Shown here piece after piece: positions 13,613 through 23,810 of a stretch of 64,000 nucleotides of DNA. This stretch comes from an uncultured Gemmataceae bacterium (lineage in GTDB: Bacteria > Planctomycetota > Planctomycetia > Gemmatales > Gemmataceae). The first letter of the stretch is position 1. Each line of letters starts with the position of its first letter. Position numbers and translations under genes: made by a program. Location of the stretch: assembly GCA_963773845.1 (NCBI GenBank), contig CAVZCU010000015.1, positions 327,570 through 391,569 on the forward strand. Reading direction: 5' to 3'. Under the pieces are notes generated by a model that made no database searches, was not told the origin of the DNA, and saw only the letters and a program-made list of their open reading frames with translations.

Positions 13613-15085
13613 TTACGACGTGTCCGTAAAACCGATCCGGCGGCGTCGAGCGCTGGCTGCATCAAAACAGTCGTCCGGCCATTGCAGCCAGCGCAGGACT
13701 TCCCGCAACCTTCCGACGATGTTGGCCAAACTGCCAAAGAGCTGCTGGGGACTGCGGTGAAACGAAGCCGCCAACTGCCGCAAGAGGGTGCCTCGTTCCA
13801 GCAACTGGGTCAGGATAAAGGCGATCTGCAACAAGTAGTAGTACGCCTTCCATTTCTCCGGGTCGGTGCTGTAGACGTGTTCCAGATTCGGGCCGTGATT
13901 CTTCTGACGATTGAATCCCTCGTTCTCAATCTTCCATCGGGATCGTCCTCCTTCCTGGGCGATCAGGGCCACATTGGCTTTGCTCACCGAAAGATCGGTG
14001 ATCCAGGCGAAGTACCGCACTTCGCCGCTTGGCAATTTCTCCGTGCATTCCAGAGCATGGAACGTCCATCGTCGCTTCTGATCGTCCTCATAGGACAGGT
14101 CATGCACCCAGCGGTACACCTGTCGCGTCCCGTTGGGCAGCAGCATCTCGCGCACGTTTTCCGGGCACAGTTCCTTGAGCTTTTGGAATTCGGCCCACAC
14201 GCTTGGCAGACGCCCTTCCTTAAGAGTCAGCACATACGACCAGTCATTGTCCTGGGTGATCTGCAAGACGCGGCCGCAGACGAACAGAGCATCACCGGCG
14301 ACGACGACGCGCAACTGCGGATAGTCGCTTTTGAACTTGGGCGCCAGGCGCTCGAACGCATTCAGTTCGCAATCTTGCTTGAACTGATCCGGATCGCGGG
14401 CCGAACTGGCGTCCGCGTTCTCGATGAACTCGGTGCCGATGGAGATCGTGATGCCCGCCGGTCCCAAGAGCTTGGCCTCCAGGACTTGGTGGTAATAGAG
14501 CGTGCCGCTTTTGTGCTTGCGTTCGAGGCAATGGTCGCAATGCCGCTCGCGGAACGTAAACAAGCCAGTGCCATCGATCGGCACGACATAATGGCCGAGC
14601 AACCGCGCGTCTTCGAGAGCCCGCATGCGCAAGAGGCGTTGCACCATCTGCCAGCGGACCTGTGGAAACGCATGCCAAGCAACGTGGTCGAGAAAGTGAT
14701 CGAGGGTATCATGGACCGGCAATGATTCCTGCTGGGTGTCCGCCAGTCGATTGAGGTTGGCTAGAGCGGCATCGGAAAAGTTGTCCAAGGCGAAGTCGAG
14801 TTGCCGGCGGCTGCCGAGTTGCAACACAAAGAGAAGCAGGCCGATCCAGGCGAGGAAGCGGGTTTCGTAGGTGATGGCATCGCGATCGCGGGTGTCAGGC
14901 AAGGCCTGCAGCCAGTCGTTCAACTCGGGAAAGAAGTGGCGAACGGTTTGGACGAACGCGTTGGCGACGATCAAGTCCGGCCGGCCCGGAGACGTTGGTG
15001 TCGGGTGTGCGTGCGGATCAAGGCCAGACTGAGCTGCTGGATTTCCTTCAGCAGGGTCTTGAGGCGACGGTGCTGCGCGATCCAT
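13613..15085 (-). CDS. DDE transposase (IS4 superfamily; W-x-IENEGF-x2-K motif)
   Basis: 490 aa; RWKIENEGFNRQKN signature; second copy differs only at 1-2 residues. Confidence 0.85.
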   Translation of the reverse strand: MDRAAPSPQDPAEGNPAAQSGLDPHAHPTPTSPGRPDLIVANAFVQTVRHFFPELNDWLQALPDTRDRDAITYETRFLAWIGLLLFVLQLGSRRQLDFALDNFSDAALANLNRLADTQQESLPVHDTLDHFLDHVAWHAFPQVRWQMVQRLLRMRALEDARLLGHYVVPIDGTGLFTFRERHCDHCLERKHKSGTLYYHQVLEAKLLGPAGITISIGTEFIENADASSARDPDQFKQDCELNAFERLAPKFKSDYPQLRVVVAGDALFVCGRVLQITQDNDWSYVLTLKEGRLPSVWAEFQKLKELCPENVREMLLPNGTRQVYRWVHDLSYEDDQKRRWTFHALECTEKLPSGEVRYFAWITDLSVSKANVALIAQEGGRSRWKIENEGFNRQKNHGPNLEHVYSTDPEKWKAYYYLLQIAFILTQLLERGTLLRQLAASFHRSPQQLFGSLANIVGRLREVLRWLQWPDDCFDAASARRRRIGFTDTS

Positions 15086-15327
15086 GCGCGGACCTCCGGG
15101 ACTAAATCTTTGGGGACGTAGACGGTGCGGGTCTTGCCATCTTCCTTGAAGGTGACATGCTGCGAGTCATGGAGCGGGCCACCGTGATGGCAGCGACATT
15201 CGGGACTGCCACAGCGATGGGAATAGAAACACAGGGACGCGGCAAGGACGGGCCCGGCGGCGGTCACCTTGCGGAGCCGGGCATCGAGCATGCGGCGAAT
15301 GAGCGTGGGGTGATCGGGAGTGCGCAT
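14971..15327 (-). CDS. IS orfA (118 aa, Cys/His-rich) overlapping the transposase start by 115 bp; possible translational frameshift fusion
   Basis: overlap geometry; N-terminal 32 aa also found at 31534 in copy 2. Confidence 0.4.
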   Translation of the reverse strand: MRTPDHPTLIRRMLDARLRKVTAAGPVLAASLCFYSHRCGSPECRCHHGGPLHDSQHVTFKEDGKTRTVYVPKDLVPEVRAWIAQHRRLKTLLKEIQQLSLALIRTHTRHQRLRAGRT

Positions 15328-15721
15328 AGCGGCTCCTGGGAAGGTAGATAAGCAAAAGCACTTAGGCTTATCGGGAAAGTGGGAAAAAAATCAAGTGCGA
15401 ACAGAAAGCAGGGACGTTACAACCGGACCGGCAAACTTACCGAGGAATCCAGCGCCAAACTGGAGAAATGGCGCGAGCTAACACTGATTCCTTGCTGCTG
15501 CCTCCATTGCCACGGCAAGGTGTCGAACCCAAGTCGGCTGCCGATGTTGGGACGGTCGCGAAGAATCGGGTTGCAATCCTCGTCGTCATGTTCCCCTACT
15601 CAAATGTCCATCGCCCTCATACCCCAAGGGAAACGAATAACCGCATCTCGGCCGTGCCACGGCGACTTGGCATGACCCAAATCCCTTGGATGGATTGGCG
15701 CAATCTTGGAGAGTATCCAAT

Positions 15722-16459
15722 ATGAACGACCCACCCGATGCAATTACGGTTGCACTTCGCATTCCGGGCCGATGGTCAAGTCCCCAAGGATTGATCGAAC
15801 GCTTGCCGTCTGGCTTCCGCTTCACGCCCGAAGCGTTGATCCTTCCCGATGAGACTCCAGTCGAGTTCATGGCCGTTCAGGCCGACGACCAATTCGCTCA
15901 GATTTTTCGCTCGTCGTGCCGGAGGCCAGCGGCGGCCGACGAACTGGCGATTGTCGACAATTACACGGTGAATATCTGCTTGAAGGGTCCCGGCGGTTCT
16001 CTGCCGGCCGCTCAAAAGATGATGGAAGCGGGTGCGGCGATCGTGCGCGCCGGCGGCGCCGGCGTGTTCATCGACAACAGCGCTCTTGCTCACGGGGGAA
16101 AGAATTGGATCGAGATGGCCGACGATGCGAGCCCGGATGCATTGAGCTTTGCATTCGCCTCCATTATCCGCGGCCGTACGCAAGTGTACACGATGGGGAT
16201 GCACGTTCTGGGTCTACGCGAGGTCGTCATGAGCCGCGCCGACGCGGAAAACGACGACTTTGGCATCGTCGATGTGATTCGTTACCTGGCCAGCAGCGAG
16301 AAGCCGGTCGAAGATGGCCACCTTCTCGCCGACCTCGACGGCCCGCGGTTCCAGGCCGTCGCGGAAGCGAGCGGTGAGTTTCGACCGGGAAGCCCCATGC
16401 ACAATCCCTTCGGACGACTGAAACTCATCAGCATGCGGGACGTTGCAGAGAGGAATTAG
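15722..16459 (+). CDS. hypothetical protein, possibly DUF4261
   Basis: 246-aa ORF; weak recollection of DUF4261 pattern (YTMGMHVLGL). Confidence 0.4.
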   Translation: MNDPPDAITVALRIPGRWSSPQGLIERLPSGFRFTPEALILPDETPVEFMAVQADDQFAQIFRSSCRRPAAADELAIVDNYTVNICLKGPGGSLPAAQKMMEAGAAIVRAGGAGVFIDNSALAHGGKNWIEMADDASPDALSFAFASIIRGRTQVYTMGMHVLGLREVVMSRADAENDDFGIVDVIRYLASSEKPVEDGHLLADLDGPRFQAVAEASGEFRPGSPMHNPFGRLKLISMRDVAERN

Positions 16460-16546
16460 CATGCAGCGGTCGGGGGGAACTGCGTCCCGGCCCTATCTGA
16501 ATTCGGGTGAATTCAGCCCTGGGCACCATTAATTGAGAGCATCGGA

Positions 16547-17965
16547 ATGAAGTCACTAGCGCACTGCTTGCTGATCTTCGTCGGAAGCGCTTCTGCATTC
16601 GGGACCGATTGGCCGCAATTTCGCGGACCGAACTGCACCGGTCGCGCCGCCGATGGTCATTCGCTTCCCACCGAAATTGGTCCAACCACCAATGTGGTCT
16701 GGAAAACTCAATTGCCTCCGGGGCACTCGTCGCCGGTCGTGGTGGGGGACCGGATTTACCTGACGGCCGAACGCGACAAGCGGCTGGTGACCATCGCACT
16801 CGAGCGATCGAGCGGAAAGATTCTCTGGACGGTCGAAGCGCCCGAGACGGTACTGGAAAAGATCCACAAGATTGGCAGCCACGCCCAGTCGAGCCCGGTC
16901 GCCGACGAGGAACGAGTCATCAGCTTCTTTGGGTCGTGTGGACTCTTCTGCTACAACCGCAAGGGCAAACTGCTCTGGGAAAGACGCATGGGCCCGTTCA
17001 GCAATGATTTCGGAGCCGGGAGTTCACCCGTCCTCGTCGGCGACTGGATCATTCTCGCCCAGGATCACGATCAGAATTCGTTCCTGGAAGCAATCGGCAA
17101 GAAAACCGGGAAGACGCTCTGGAAGACCGATCGGTCGGAGTTTCTGCGCGGCTATTGCACGCCGGTAATCTGGCAATCGAACATGCGGAAACAGATCGTG
17201 ATAGCCGGCACCTTGCGGGTGGTCGGTTACGATTTGGAAACCGGCAGGGAAGTGTGGACGGTGCGCGGCATCTCTCGAACCGTCTGCATGACGCCGGCTG
17301 TTGGCACGGATGGTCGCCTGTACGTTGCTGGCTATTCGGCGGGCGGCGACGAGGGCAGTCGATTCGACGTGCCGGCCTTCAACAGCATTATCAAAGCTCT
17401 CGACAAGAATGGAAATGGCAAGCTCGAAGCGAACGAATTGCCCCAGGGGCCAATTCTGCAAAGGTTCACCCAAGTCGATTTGAACAAGGATGGCTCGCTC
17501 AGCCGAGACGAATACGAGCGCTTTCGCGGCTTGTTTCAAAAGACGCAAAACGTGATTCTCGCCATCCGCCCCGGCGGCAAGGGAGACATTACAGGTTCGC
17601 ACGTCGATTGGCGGCACACGAAGCACGTGCCGTTTTGCGCTTCGCCGCTCGAAGTTGGCGGGAGCGTTTTTGCGGTGAAGGATGGCGGTTTTCTGGCAAG
17701 CATCGATGCGCGCAATGGCAAATTGATCAAGCGCGATCGCCTGTCATCCGGGACCGGTAACTATTACAGTTCGCCCGTCACGGGCGACGGCAAAATCTAC
17801 TTGCTCAGCGATCGCGGTAAGCTCAGCGTGGTCAGCGCCGCCAAGGAGTGGCAGGAACTGTGGAATGCCGACTTCCGCGAGGACGTTTACGCCACGCCGG
17901 CCTTGGCAGATGGCAAGATCTATCTGCGAACATCGGGTCATCTGTATTGTTTCGGGAAGAAATGA
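16547..17965 (+). CDS. secreted PQQ-like (BamB/YVTN-type) beta-propeller protein with EF-hand calcium-binding insert
   Basis: signal peptide MKSLAHCLLIFVGSASAFG; DKNGNGKLEANE and DLNKDGSLSRDEYE EF-hand loops; repeated propeller blades. Confidence 0.65.
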   Translation: MKSLAHCLLIFVGSASAFGTDWPQFRGPNCTGRAADGHSLPTEIGPTTNVVWKTQLPPGHSSPVVVGDRIYLTAERDKRLVTIALERSSGKILWTVEAPETVLEKIHKIGSHAQSSPVADEERVISFFGSCGLFCYNRKGKLLWERRMGPFSNDFGAGSSPVLVGDWIILAQDHDQNSFLEAIGKKTGKTLWKTDRSEFLRGYCTPVIWQSNMRKQIVIAGTLRVVGYDLETGREVWTVRGISRTVCMTPAVGTDGRLYVAGYSAGGDEGSRFDVPAFNSIIKALDKNGNGKLEANELPQGPILQRFTQVDLNKDGSLSRDEYERFRGLFQKTQNVILAIRPGGKGDITGSHVDWRHTKHVPFCASPLEVGGSVFAVKDGGFLASIDARNGKLIKRDRLSSGTGNYYSSPVTGDGKIYLLSDRGKLSVVSAAKEWQELWNADFREDVYATPALADGKIYLRTSGHLYCFGKK

Positions 17966-18041
17966 GGAGCCGCAGAAACACAGAAAAGACCATCCAGTTC
18001 TTGCCTCTATCTGTAACTCTTGTCATCGAATCGGGGACCGA

Positions 18042-19730
18042 ATGGCCCGCCGCAGCCTGGATTGGTTCAATGACCCCGGTATTTACGGCTGGCTGCGAAC
18101 GGCCGCGCTGAAAGGGATGGGCTTCACGGCCAACGACCGGCCGATCATCGGCATATGCAACACGTGGAGTGAGCTGACGCATTGTAATGCGCATTTGCGG
18201 TACATCGCCGAGGCCGTACGCCGAGGGGTTACGCAGGCGGGCGGATTGGCCCTCGAATTCCCGGTGCTCTCGACGGGCGAATTCAACATGCGGCCGACGG
18301 CCATGCTCTTTCGCAATTTGGCGAGCATGGACGTCGAAGAAGCGATCCGTGCGAATCCGCTCGATGCCGTCGTCTTGTTGGGTGGTTGCGACAAGACAGT
18401 CCCGGCCCTGCTGATGGGCGCCGCAAGCGCCGACGTACCCGCAATCCTGGTCACAGGGGGCCCGCAACTCAATGCTCACTGGCGCGGCGAGACTGTCGGA
18501 TCGTGCACCGATTGCCGTCGCTATCAAATGGAATTGCGCGCGGGCCGAATCACCGAGGCCGAATGGGCCGACTTCCAGAAAAACATCATCCGCAGTGCCG
18601 GCCATTGCATGACGATGGGCACGGCTTCGACCATGGCCTGCCTGGCCGAAGTGCTGGGTATCGCCCCGCCGGGCAACGGCGCGACACCCGCGCCGGACTC
18701 CCGACGGCTGCAAATCGCCGAATCGGCGGGACGATTCGCGGTCGAACTCGCTAACTGCGATGTCCGTCCTTCGCACATCCTGACCCGCCGGGCATTTGAC
18801 AATGCGATTCGCGTGCTGCTTGCCATTGGCGGCTCGACGAATGCGATCATTCACCTGATCGCCATCGCGGGGCGCCTCGGGATCGACCTCACGCTCGATC
18901 GTTTCGACGAACTCTCGCGCTCCACGCCGTTTCTACTCGATCTGAAGCCGGCCGGCCGCTTTCTAATGGAGGACTTTTTCGACGCGGGCGGGGTGCCCGC
19001 ATTGATCAACGAGTTGACCCCGCTGCTCGACATGGAGGCGCCGACGGTCACGGGCAAAACCTTACGCGAGAATTGTGCGGGCGATCGTGTCTGGAATCGC
19101 GACGTGATCCGGCCATTGAATTCGCCCATCCAATCCGAAGGCGGACTGGCAGTCCTCCGTGGCTCACTGGCCCCGAATGGCGCGATCATCAAGCCCGCGG
19201 CGGCCAGTTCCAATCTGCTCGTGCATCGCGGACGGGCGATTACGTTCAACGACCACGACGATCTCAATCGGCGGATTGACGATCCTGCTCTCGACGTCCG
19301 TCCCGATGACATTCTCGTGATGCGCCACGCGGGCCCGGTTGGCGGGCCGGGCATGCCGGAATGGGGTTTTTTGCCGATACCGAAGAAACTGCTCGAAGCG
19401 GGAGTTCGCGACATGGTCCGCATTAGCGATGCCCGGATGAGCGGGACGGCGTTCGGGACCGTGGTCGTACATGTATCACCCGAGTCGGCAGTGAGCGGCC
19501 CGCTCGCGGCCGTACGTGACGGCGACGTCATTTCGCTTGATGTTCCAAATCGCCGACTCGATTTACTTGTCGATCCGCCGGAACTGGCGCGGAGATTGGC
19601 AGAGCATCCCGCTTCCAAGTCACCGCCGTCGCGAGGCTACCGTCGGCTATATGCAGAGCATGTCTTGCAAGCAGACAAAGGTTGCGACTTCGATTTTCTG
19701 CAGTCGAACACCCTATCACAGCGTATTTGA
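18042..19730 (+). CDS. IlvD/EDD-family dehydratase (dihydroxy-acid / sugar-acid dehydratase)
   Basis: CNTWSELTHCNAHL, LGGCDKTVPALLMGA, GHCMTMGTASTMA motifs. Confidence 0.85.
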   Translation: MARRSLDWFNDPGIYGWLRTAALKGMGFTANDRPIIGICNTWSELTHCNAHLRYIAEAVRRGVTQAGGLALEFPVLSTGEFNMRPTAMLFRNLASMDVEEAIRANPLDAVVLLGGCDKTVPALLMGAASADVPAILVTGGPQLNAHWRGETVGSCTDCRRYQMELRAGRITEAEWADFQKNIIRSAGHCMTMGTASTMACLAEVLGIAPPGNGATPAPDSRRLQIAESAGRFAVELANCDVRPSHILTRRAFDNAIRVLLAIGGSTNAIIHLIAIAGRLGIDLTLDRFDELSRSTPFLLDLKPAGRFLMEDFFDAGGVPALINELTPLLDMEAPTVTGKTLRENCAGDRVWNRDVIRPLNSPIQSEGGLAVLRGSLAPNGAIIKPAAASSNLLVHRGRAITFNDHDDLNRRIDDPALDVRPDDILVMRHAGPVGGPGMPEWGFLPIPKKLLEAGVRDMVRISDARMSGTAFGTVVVHVSPESAVSGPLAAVRDGDVISLDVPNRRLDLLVDPPELARRLAEHPASKSPPSRGYRRLYAEHVLQADKGCDFDFLQSNTLSQRI

Positions 19731-19758
19731 GCCAGACTTCCGTCGATGCAGCCGGACA

Positions 19759-21281
19759 CGGAAGCCTTACGACCAGCCCTTTCAACATGATTCCATCTTG
19801 CCTGTCTTACCCATTTTTGGGATTTATGGAACAGAGCAGTTATTTGTGGAATCATGCCAAGGAGGGCAAAGATGGCCGCCGACTTTTTCAAGGATCCAAT
19901 GTTTCGCCTGTTCGCCAAGGAGCGGCCGATAGCGACGATGGCGCAGTTGGCTTTGCGCCATTTGCTGGATGACAGTATCTTGAAGCGAGTCTTCGAAGAG
20001 CACGCGGAAGCGCAACGCGAACACGTCATTTCGTTCTCGGCTTTGACGCAAATGATGGCCAGCGTCGTGCTGAATCAGGAGCCGAGCGTCAACGCCGCCA
20101 TCCAGAAGATGCGTCAGGAGCTCGGTGCGTCGCACCAGGCGGTCTATGGCAAATTGCAACGAGTCGAGACGAGTACCTCGCGTGGACTTGTCACCGACTC
20201 CTTCCAGCGCGTGGTGGCGATGCAGAAGGAGTTTGGCCGTCTGGGTCGCCGGGACATCGCCGGTTACGAAACGCGGATTCTCGACGGCAATCATCTGGCG
20301 GCCAGCGAACATCGCCTGAAAGAGACGCGTAACAGCACCGCCGCGCCCCTTCCCGGCAAGACACTCGTCGTCTACTGTCCGCGGCACAAAGCGATTGTGG
20401 ATTGTTTTCCTATCGAAGATGGCCACGCCCAGGAGCGTTCGGAGCTGGATGCGGTGCTCAAGACGGTGCGCAAGGGACAAGTCTGGGTAGCGGACCGCAA
20501 TTTTTGCACGCTCAAGTTCTTGGTTGGCCTGGCGACCGCGGGGGCCAAGTTCATCATCCGTCAGCACGGACAATTGCATGGCACGCCCGTGGGAAAGCTC
20601 CGCAAGATCGGCAGGACGGCGACGGCGGTGGTCTATGAACAGAAATTCCGGCTGCCGGAACACGATGGCCGAACGCTGATGATCCGTCGCGTGATCGTGA
20701 AGCTCCGGCACCCGACACGAGACGGGGATCGCGAGTTACTCCTTTTGACGAACGTTCCTCGCCAAAAGGCCGATGCGGTGCAAATCGCCGAGCAGTACCG
20801 TAAACGCTGGCGGATTGAGACGGTGATGCAGCATTTGACTGACACGCTCCGTTGCGAAATCAGGCCCCTGTGCTATCCCAAAGCGGCGCTATTTGGTTTT
20901 GCCCTGGCGTTGGTCATGTACAACGCGCTGGCGATCATCCTGGCGGCGATCAACGCGGCGCACGGCCCGACCCAAAGTGAATCGGTGTCGTATTTCCGCC
21001 TGGCGCTCGAGATCGCCCAGGCGACCGATGGCATGTTGATCGCCTTGCCGGCCTCGCGCTGGACCCAGGTCGCGGAAATAGCGCCTGCTGAACTGGCGCG
21101 GGAGATGCTGCGGATCGCCCAAGGAATCAACATGGACTACTACACCAAGACCAATCGCGGACCGAAGAAACCCAAACGCAAACGCCGGCACGAACGGCGC
21201 AAAGTCCATGTGTCAACAAAGAAACTGCTCGACCAACGCACGGCATAAACCATGTTGAAAGGGCTGGCCTTACGACTTCCG
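19759..21281 (+). mobile_element. IS4-family insertion sequence (~1.52 kb) with ~31-bp imperfect TIRs (cggaagccttacgaccagccctttcaacatg / catgttgaaagggctggccttacgacttccg)
   Basis: TIRs found by reverse-complement comparison of flanks; single transposase ORF. Confidence 0.75.
19854..21248 (+). CDS. IS4-family DDE transposase (YRKRWRIETVMQHLTD Y-R-E-K motif)
   Basis: 464 aa; DDE_Tnp_1 hallmark. Confidence 0.85.
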   Translation: MPRRAKMAADFFKDPMFRLFAKERPIATMAQLALRHLLDDSILKRVFEEHAEAQREHVISFSALTQMMASVVLNQEPSVNAAIQKMRQELGASHQAVYGKLQRVETSTSRGLVTDSFQRVVAMQKEFGRLGRRDIAGYETRILDGNHLAASEHRLKETRNSTAAPLPGKTLVVYCPRHKAIVDCFPIEDGHAQERSELDAVLKTVRKGQVWVADRNFCTLKFLVGLATAGAKFIIRQHGQLHGTPVGKLRKIGRTATAVVYEQKFRLPEHDGRTLMIRRVIVKLRHPTRDGDRELLLLTNVPRQKADAVQIAEQYRKRWRIETVMQHLTDTLRCEIRPLCYPKAALFGFALALVMYNALAIILAAINAAHGPTQSESVSYFRLALEIAQATDGMLIALPASRWTQVAEIAPAELAREMLRIAQGINMDYYTKTNRGPKKPKRKRRHERRKVHVSTKKLLDQRTA

Positions 21282-21434
21282 CTACGAAGCACGAGTGACG
21301 TCGAGATCTTTAGCAAAAATGGCCAATTCGGCTTTTGGACTCATCCTCGGCCCGATTCATTCCAGTCTCTCGACAAAGTTTGACGATATTACCGAAACGG
21401 CCACTTCGGTGGCTGAACGTAAGCGCTGGGAGCG

Positions 21435-22826
21435 ATGAATTTGCGGCCCAAGTCAATCGACGCCGCGCTCCGCCGATGGGGGCTTCCGCTGTGCTTGGCA
21501 TGTTCGATCGTGTCGGCGACGCCGAGCTGCGCACAATCCAAGGGAGAATCGACGTTCGCCGAATTGCAGGTGCGCCCGCCCGTATTGTCGATGCAGACCG
21601 CGTTACAGTATGCCCTGGCGAATAATCCCGGACTGGCTGCGCAACGCCGGCAGCGTGGTATAGCCGCGGCCCGTTTAGTCATCGCCGATACCTATCCGTT
21701 CAATCCGTCGCTGGAGATGCGGGTTCAACATGCCAGCGGCCCGGAAGCGGCCGGCGTCACCAACAACGTTCCGGTCGAAAGTTTGCTGTTGTTTGAAGTC
21801 GAAGTTCGCGGTCAAAAACAACTTCGCAAGGAAGGGGCAGTCGCGGCGCTATCGCGCACCGAGTGGGAAATCGCTGCCCAGGAGCAGACGCTCGCGGTGC
21901 AAGTGATTCGCGCCTACGGCAACCTGCTCTATCGCCAGGAAAAACTGCGGCTGCTCGATGAGACGCTTAAGTTCAATCAGCAACTCGTGGACGACGTGCG
22001 CAAGTTGGTCAATCTGGGAAAACTGCGAACCACCGATTTGATTGTTGCCCAAAGCGAGGCGAGCATCAATCTCGACCTTATCAGTGCCGGCCGCGAGTCA
22101 TTGACGACCGCCCGTCAGGACCTGTTCCGGGCACTCGGTGTCGTCAAGGCCTCGTTCGAAGTCGACGGCGCGCTCGAAACGGCCGCGTGGAAATGGAACC
22201 CCGATGACCTAGAGAATTGGGCATTGTCGCGCCGGGCAGACTTGCGGGCTCGCGAGATGGCCGTCGCGGAAGCATCGGCAAACATGCGCTTGACGGCCGC
22301 CAATCGCTATGGCAATCCGATCGTCGGGCCTGCGTATTCATTCGACCCCTCGAAGATTCGCATGATCGGGGCTCAGGTCAATCTTCCCCTACCCAGCTTC
22401 AATATTCGTCGGGGCGAAATCCTGCAAAGTGAAGCGGAATACGCCCAGGCGGCCGTGCAACTTCGCCAAGCGGAGATCAATGTCAAGCAGGATGTCGCTT
22501 CGGCGCTGGCACGGCTGGACGCCGCCGAGGCCCGAGCCGATCAGATTCGACGCAAGATCCTTCCGAGCCTCCAGCAGGCCGCGGCGGATATGCGAAAGCT
22601 ATTTGAGTCGGGTGAACCGGGTGTTGATCTGTTGCGCGTCATCGATCTTCGCCGCAAACTCCTGCAAGGGCGTGACAGCTATCTGGATGCATTGTGGTCG
22701 GTGCGGCAGGCGCGAGCCGATGTTCTCGCCGCGACCGGTGAGCCGGCCCTCGAGTTCGGCAAGACTCCGGAGCTGCCCGTGCCGGCCGAAGCGCCGCGGG
22801 CACGTATCGTCATGCCGCGTCCCTGA
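21435..22826 (+). CDS. TolC-family outer membrane efflux protein
   Basis: signal peptide; two OEP repeats; 463 aa. Confidence 0.7.
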   Translation: MNLRPKSIDAALRRWGLPLCLACSIVSATPSCAQSKGESTFAELQVRPPVLSMQTALQYALANNPGLAAQRRQRGIAAARLVIADTYPFNPSLEMRVQHASGPEAAGVTNNVPVESLLLFEVEVRGQKQLRKEGAVAALSRTEWEIAAQEQTLAVQVIRAYGNLLYRQEKLRLLDETLKFNQQLVDDVRKLVNLGKLRTTDLIVAQSEASINLDLISAGRESLTTARQDLFRALGVVKASFEVDGALETAAWKWNPDDLENWALSRRADLRAREMAVAEASANMRLTAANRYGNPIVGPAYSFDPSKIRMIGAQVNLPLPSFNIRRGEILQSEAEYAQAAVQLRQAEINVKQDVASALARLDAAEARADQIRRKILPSLQQAAADMRKLFESGEPGVDLLRVIDLRRKLLQGRDSYLDALWSVRQARADVLAATGEPALEFGKTPELPVPAEAPRARIVMPRP

Positions 22827-23810
22827 TCACTTCACCTTGTAGATGTGAATTTCCGGTCCGTCTTTTCCTTCTTGCTTCGGGACGGCCAAGTAAAGCACTC
22901 CGGTCGTTGGATCATACAGGCACGTCCGCGCCCCCTTTGCCGTCGGGATCTTTTCCATGACTTCCATGTGATCGGCGTCAACGATTTTGAGAATAGCGAG
23001 GAATCCGTCGCCGCACGACGCGTACAGCCGCTTACGCCCGACGTCCAGGAAGAGATCATCCACTCCGCCAGGGATAGCCGCATCCGAAAGTTCCTTGCCG
23101 GTCTCGGTATCGAGGACGACGACCTTTGGCTCGTTACGGCAGCCCAGGTAGATTCGATGGTTGGCCTCGTCGAGTGCGATGGGATGCGCACCGCCGGCGA
23201 GTTTAATCGGGAACGCGGTCGCGACCACATTCTTCTTGGAATCGACCACGACCACCTGGCACGGCGAAGGCGTCGCGACGTAAATGCGCGAACGCTTTTC
23301 TTCCAGGGCAAAGCTTTCAGCGCTGGCCGGCAACTGGATGTCCGCTTTCAAAGTGTTGGTCTTGGCGCTGATGACGCCGAGTGACTTCTCGGCATGAGCG
23401 ACATAGACGAGTTGAGTCCTGGGGTTGTAGCGGACATTGTCGCAATCGTCGGCGAACTTGATTGTCTTGACCGCCTTGTAGGTCTCGCCATTGAGGACAT
23501 TGCACAGTCCGTTTGTGGCGAGGCCGACGTAGATTCGATCGATGTCGGCTGCGTAGGCGATACCTTGAATGCCGGTCTGGTTCGTCACCTGCTTGAGCAG
23601 AGTGCCGTCTTTCAGGTCGACCACGTCGAGCGTGTTGTTCGCCTTGTTCGCGATGAGCAGTCGATTGCGCTTGGCATCGAGCGCCAAATGATCGAGGCTG
23701 CCGGCCTTTCCCTTGAGAGGAATCACCTTGACCAATTCCAATTCGGCCGCCGGTGACTGCGAGCCGAACGCCAGAACCAACACGGCGATTGGCCAATGGA
23801 CGGACTTCAT
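22827..23810 (-). CDS. secreted YncE/YVTN-like beta-propeller protein; start overlaps the stop of the RND gene
   Basis: signal peptide MKSVHWPIAVLVLAFG; YVTN-like repeats. Confidence 0.6.
   Translation of the reverse strand: MKSVHWPIAVLVLAFGSQSPAAELELVKVIPLKGKAGSLDHLALDAKRNRLLIANKANNTLDVVDLKDGTLLKQVTNQTGIQGIAYAADIDRIYVGLATNGLCNVLNGETYKAVKTIKFADDCDNVRYNPRTQLVYVAHAEKSLGVISAKTNTLKADIQLPASAESFALEEKRSRIYVATPSPCQVVVVDSKKNVVATAFPIKLAGGAHPIALDEANHRIYLGCRNEPKVVVLDTETGKELSDAAIPGGVDDLFLDVGRKRLYASCGDGFLAILKIVDADHMEVMEKIPTAKGARTCLYDPTTGVLYLAVPKQEGKDGPEIHIYKVK

Larger units (their letters stand above)
13455..15500 (-). mobile_element. IS4-superfamily insertion sequence, copy 1 (2046 bp); imperfect TIR CAGC(AG/CC)C(AA/TG)GGAATCAG; 9-bp TSD CCTCCATTG at 13446-13454 and 15501-15509
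   Basis: near-identical to 31361-35116 in inverted orientation; flanking direct repeat. Confidence 0.85.

Noticed and set aside
13595-14725. 376-aa ORF antisense to the transposase (and its twin at 33846-34976)
   Set aside because: Antisense shadow ORF inside a well-supported DDE transposase gene; typical of high-GC DNA.
17832-18854. 340-aa minus-strand ORF
   Set aside because: Antisense to the IlvD/EDD dehydratase gene.
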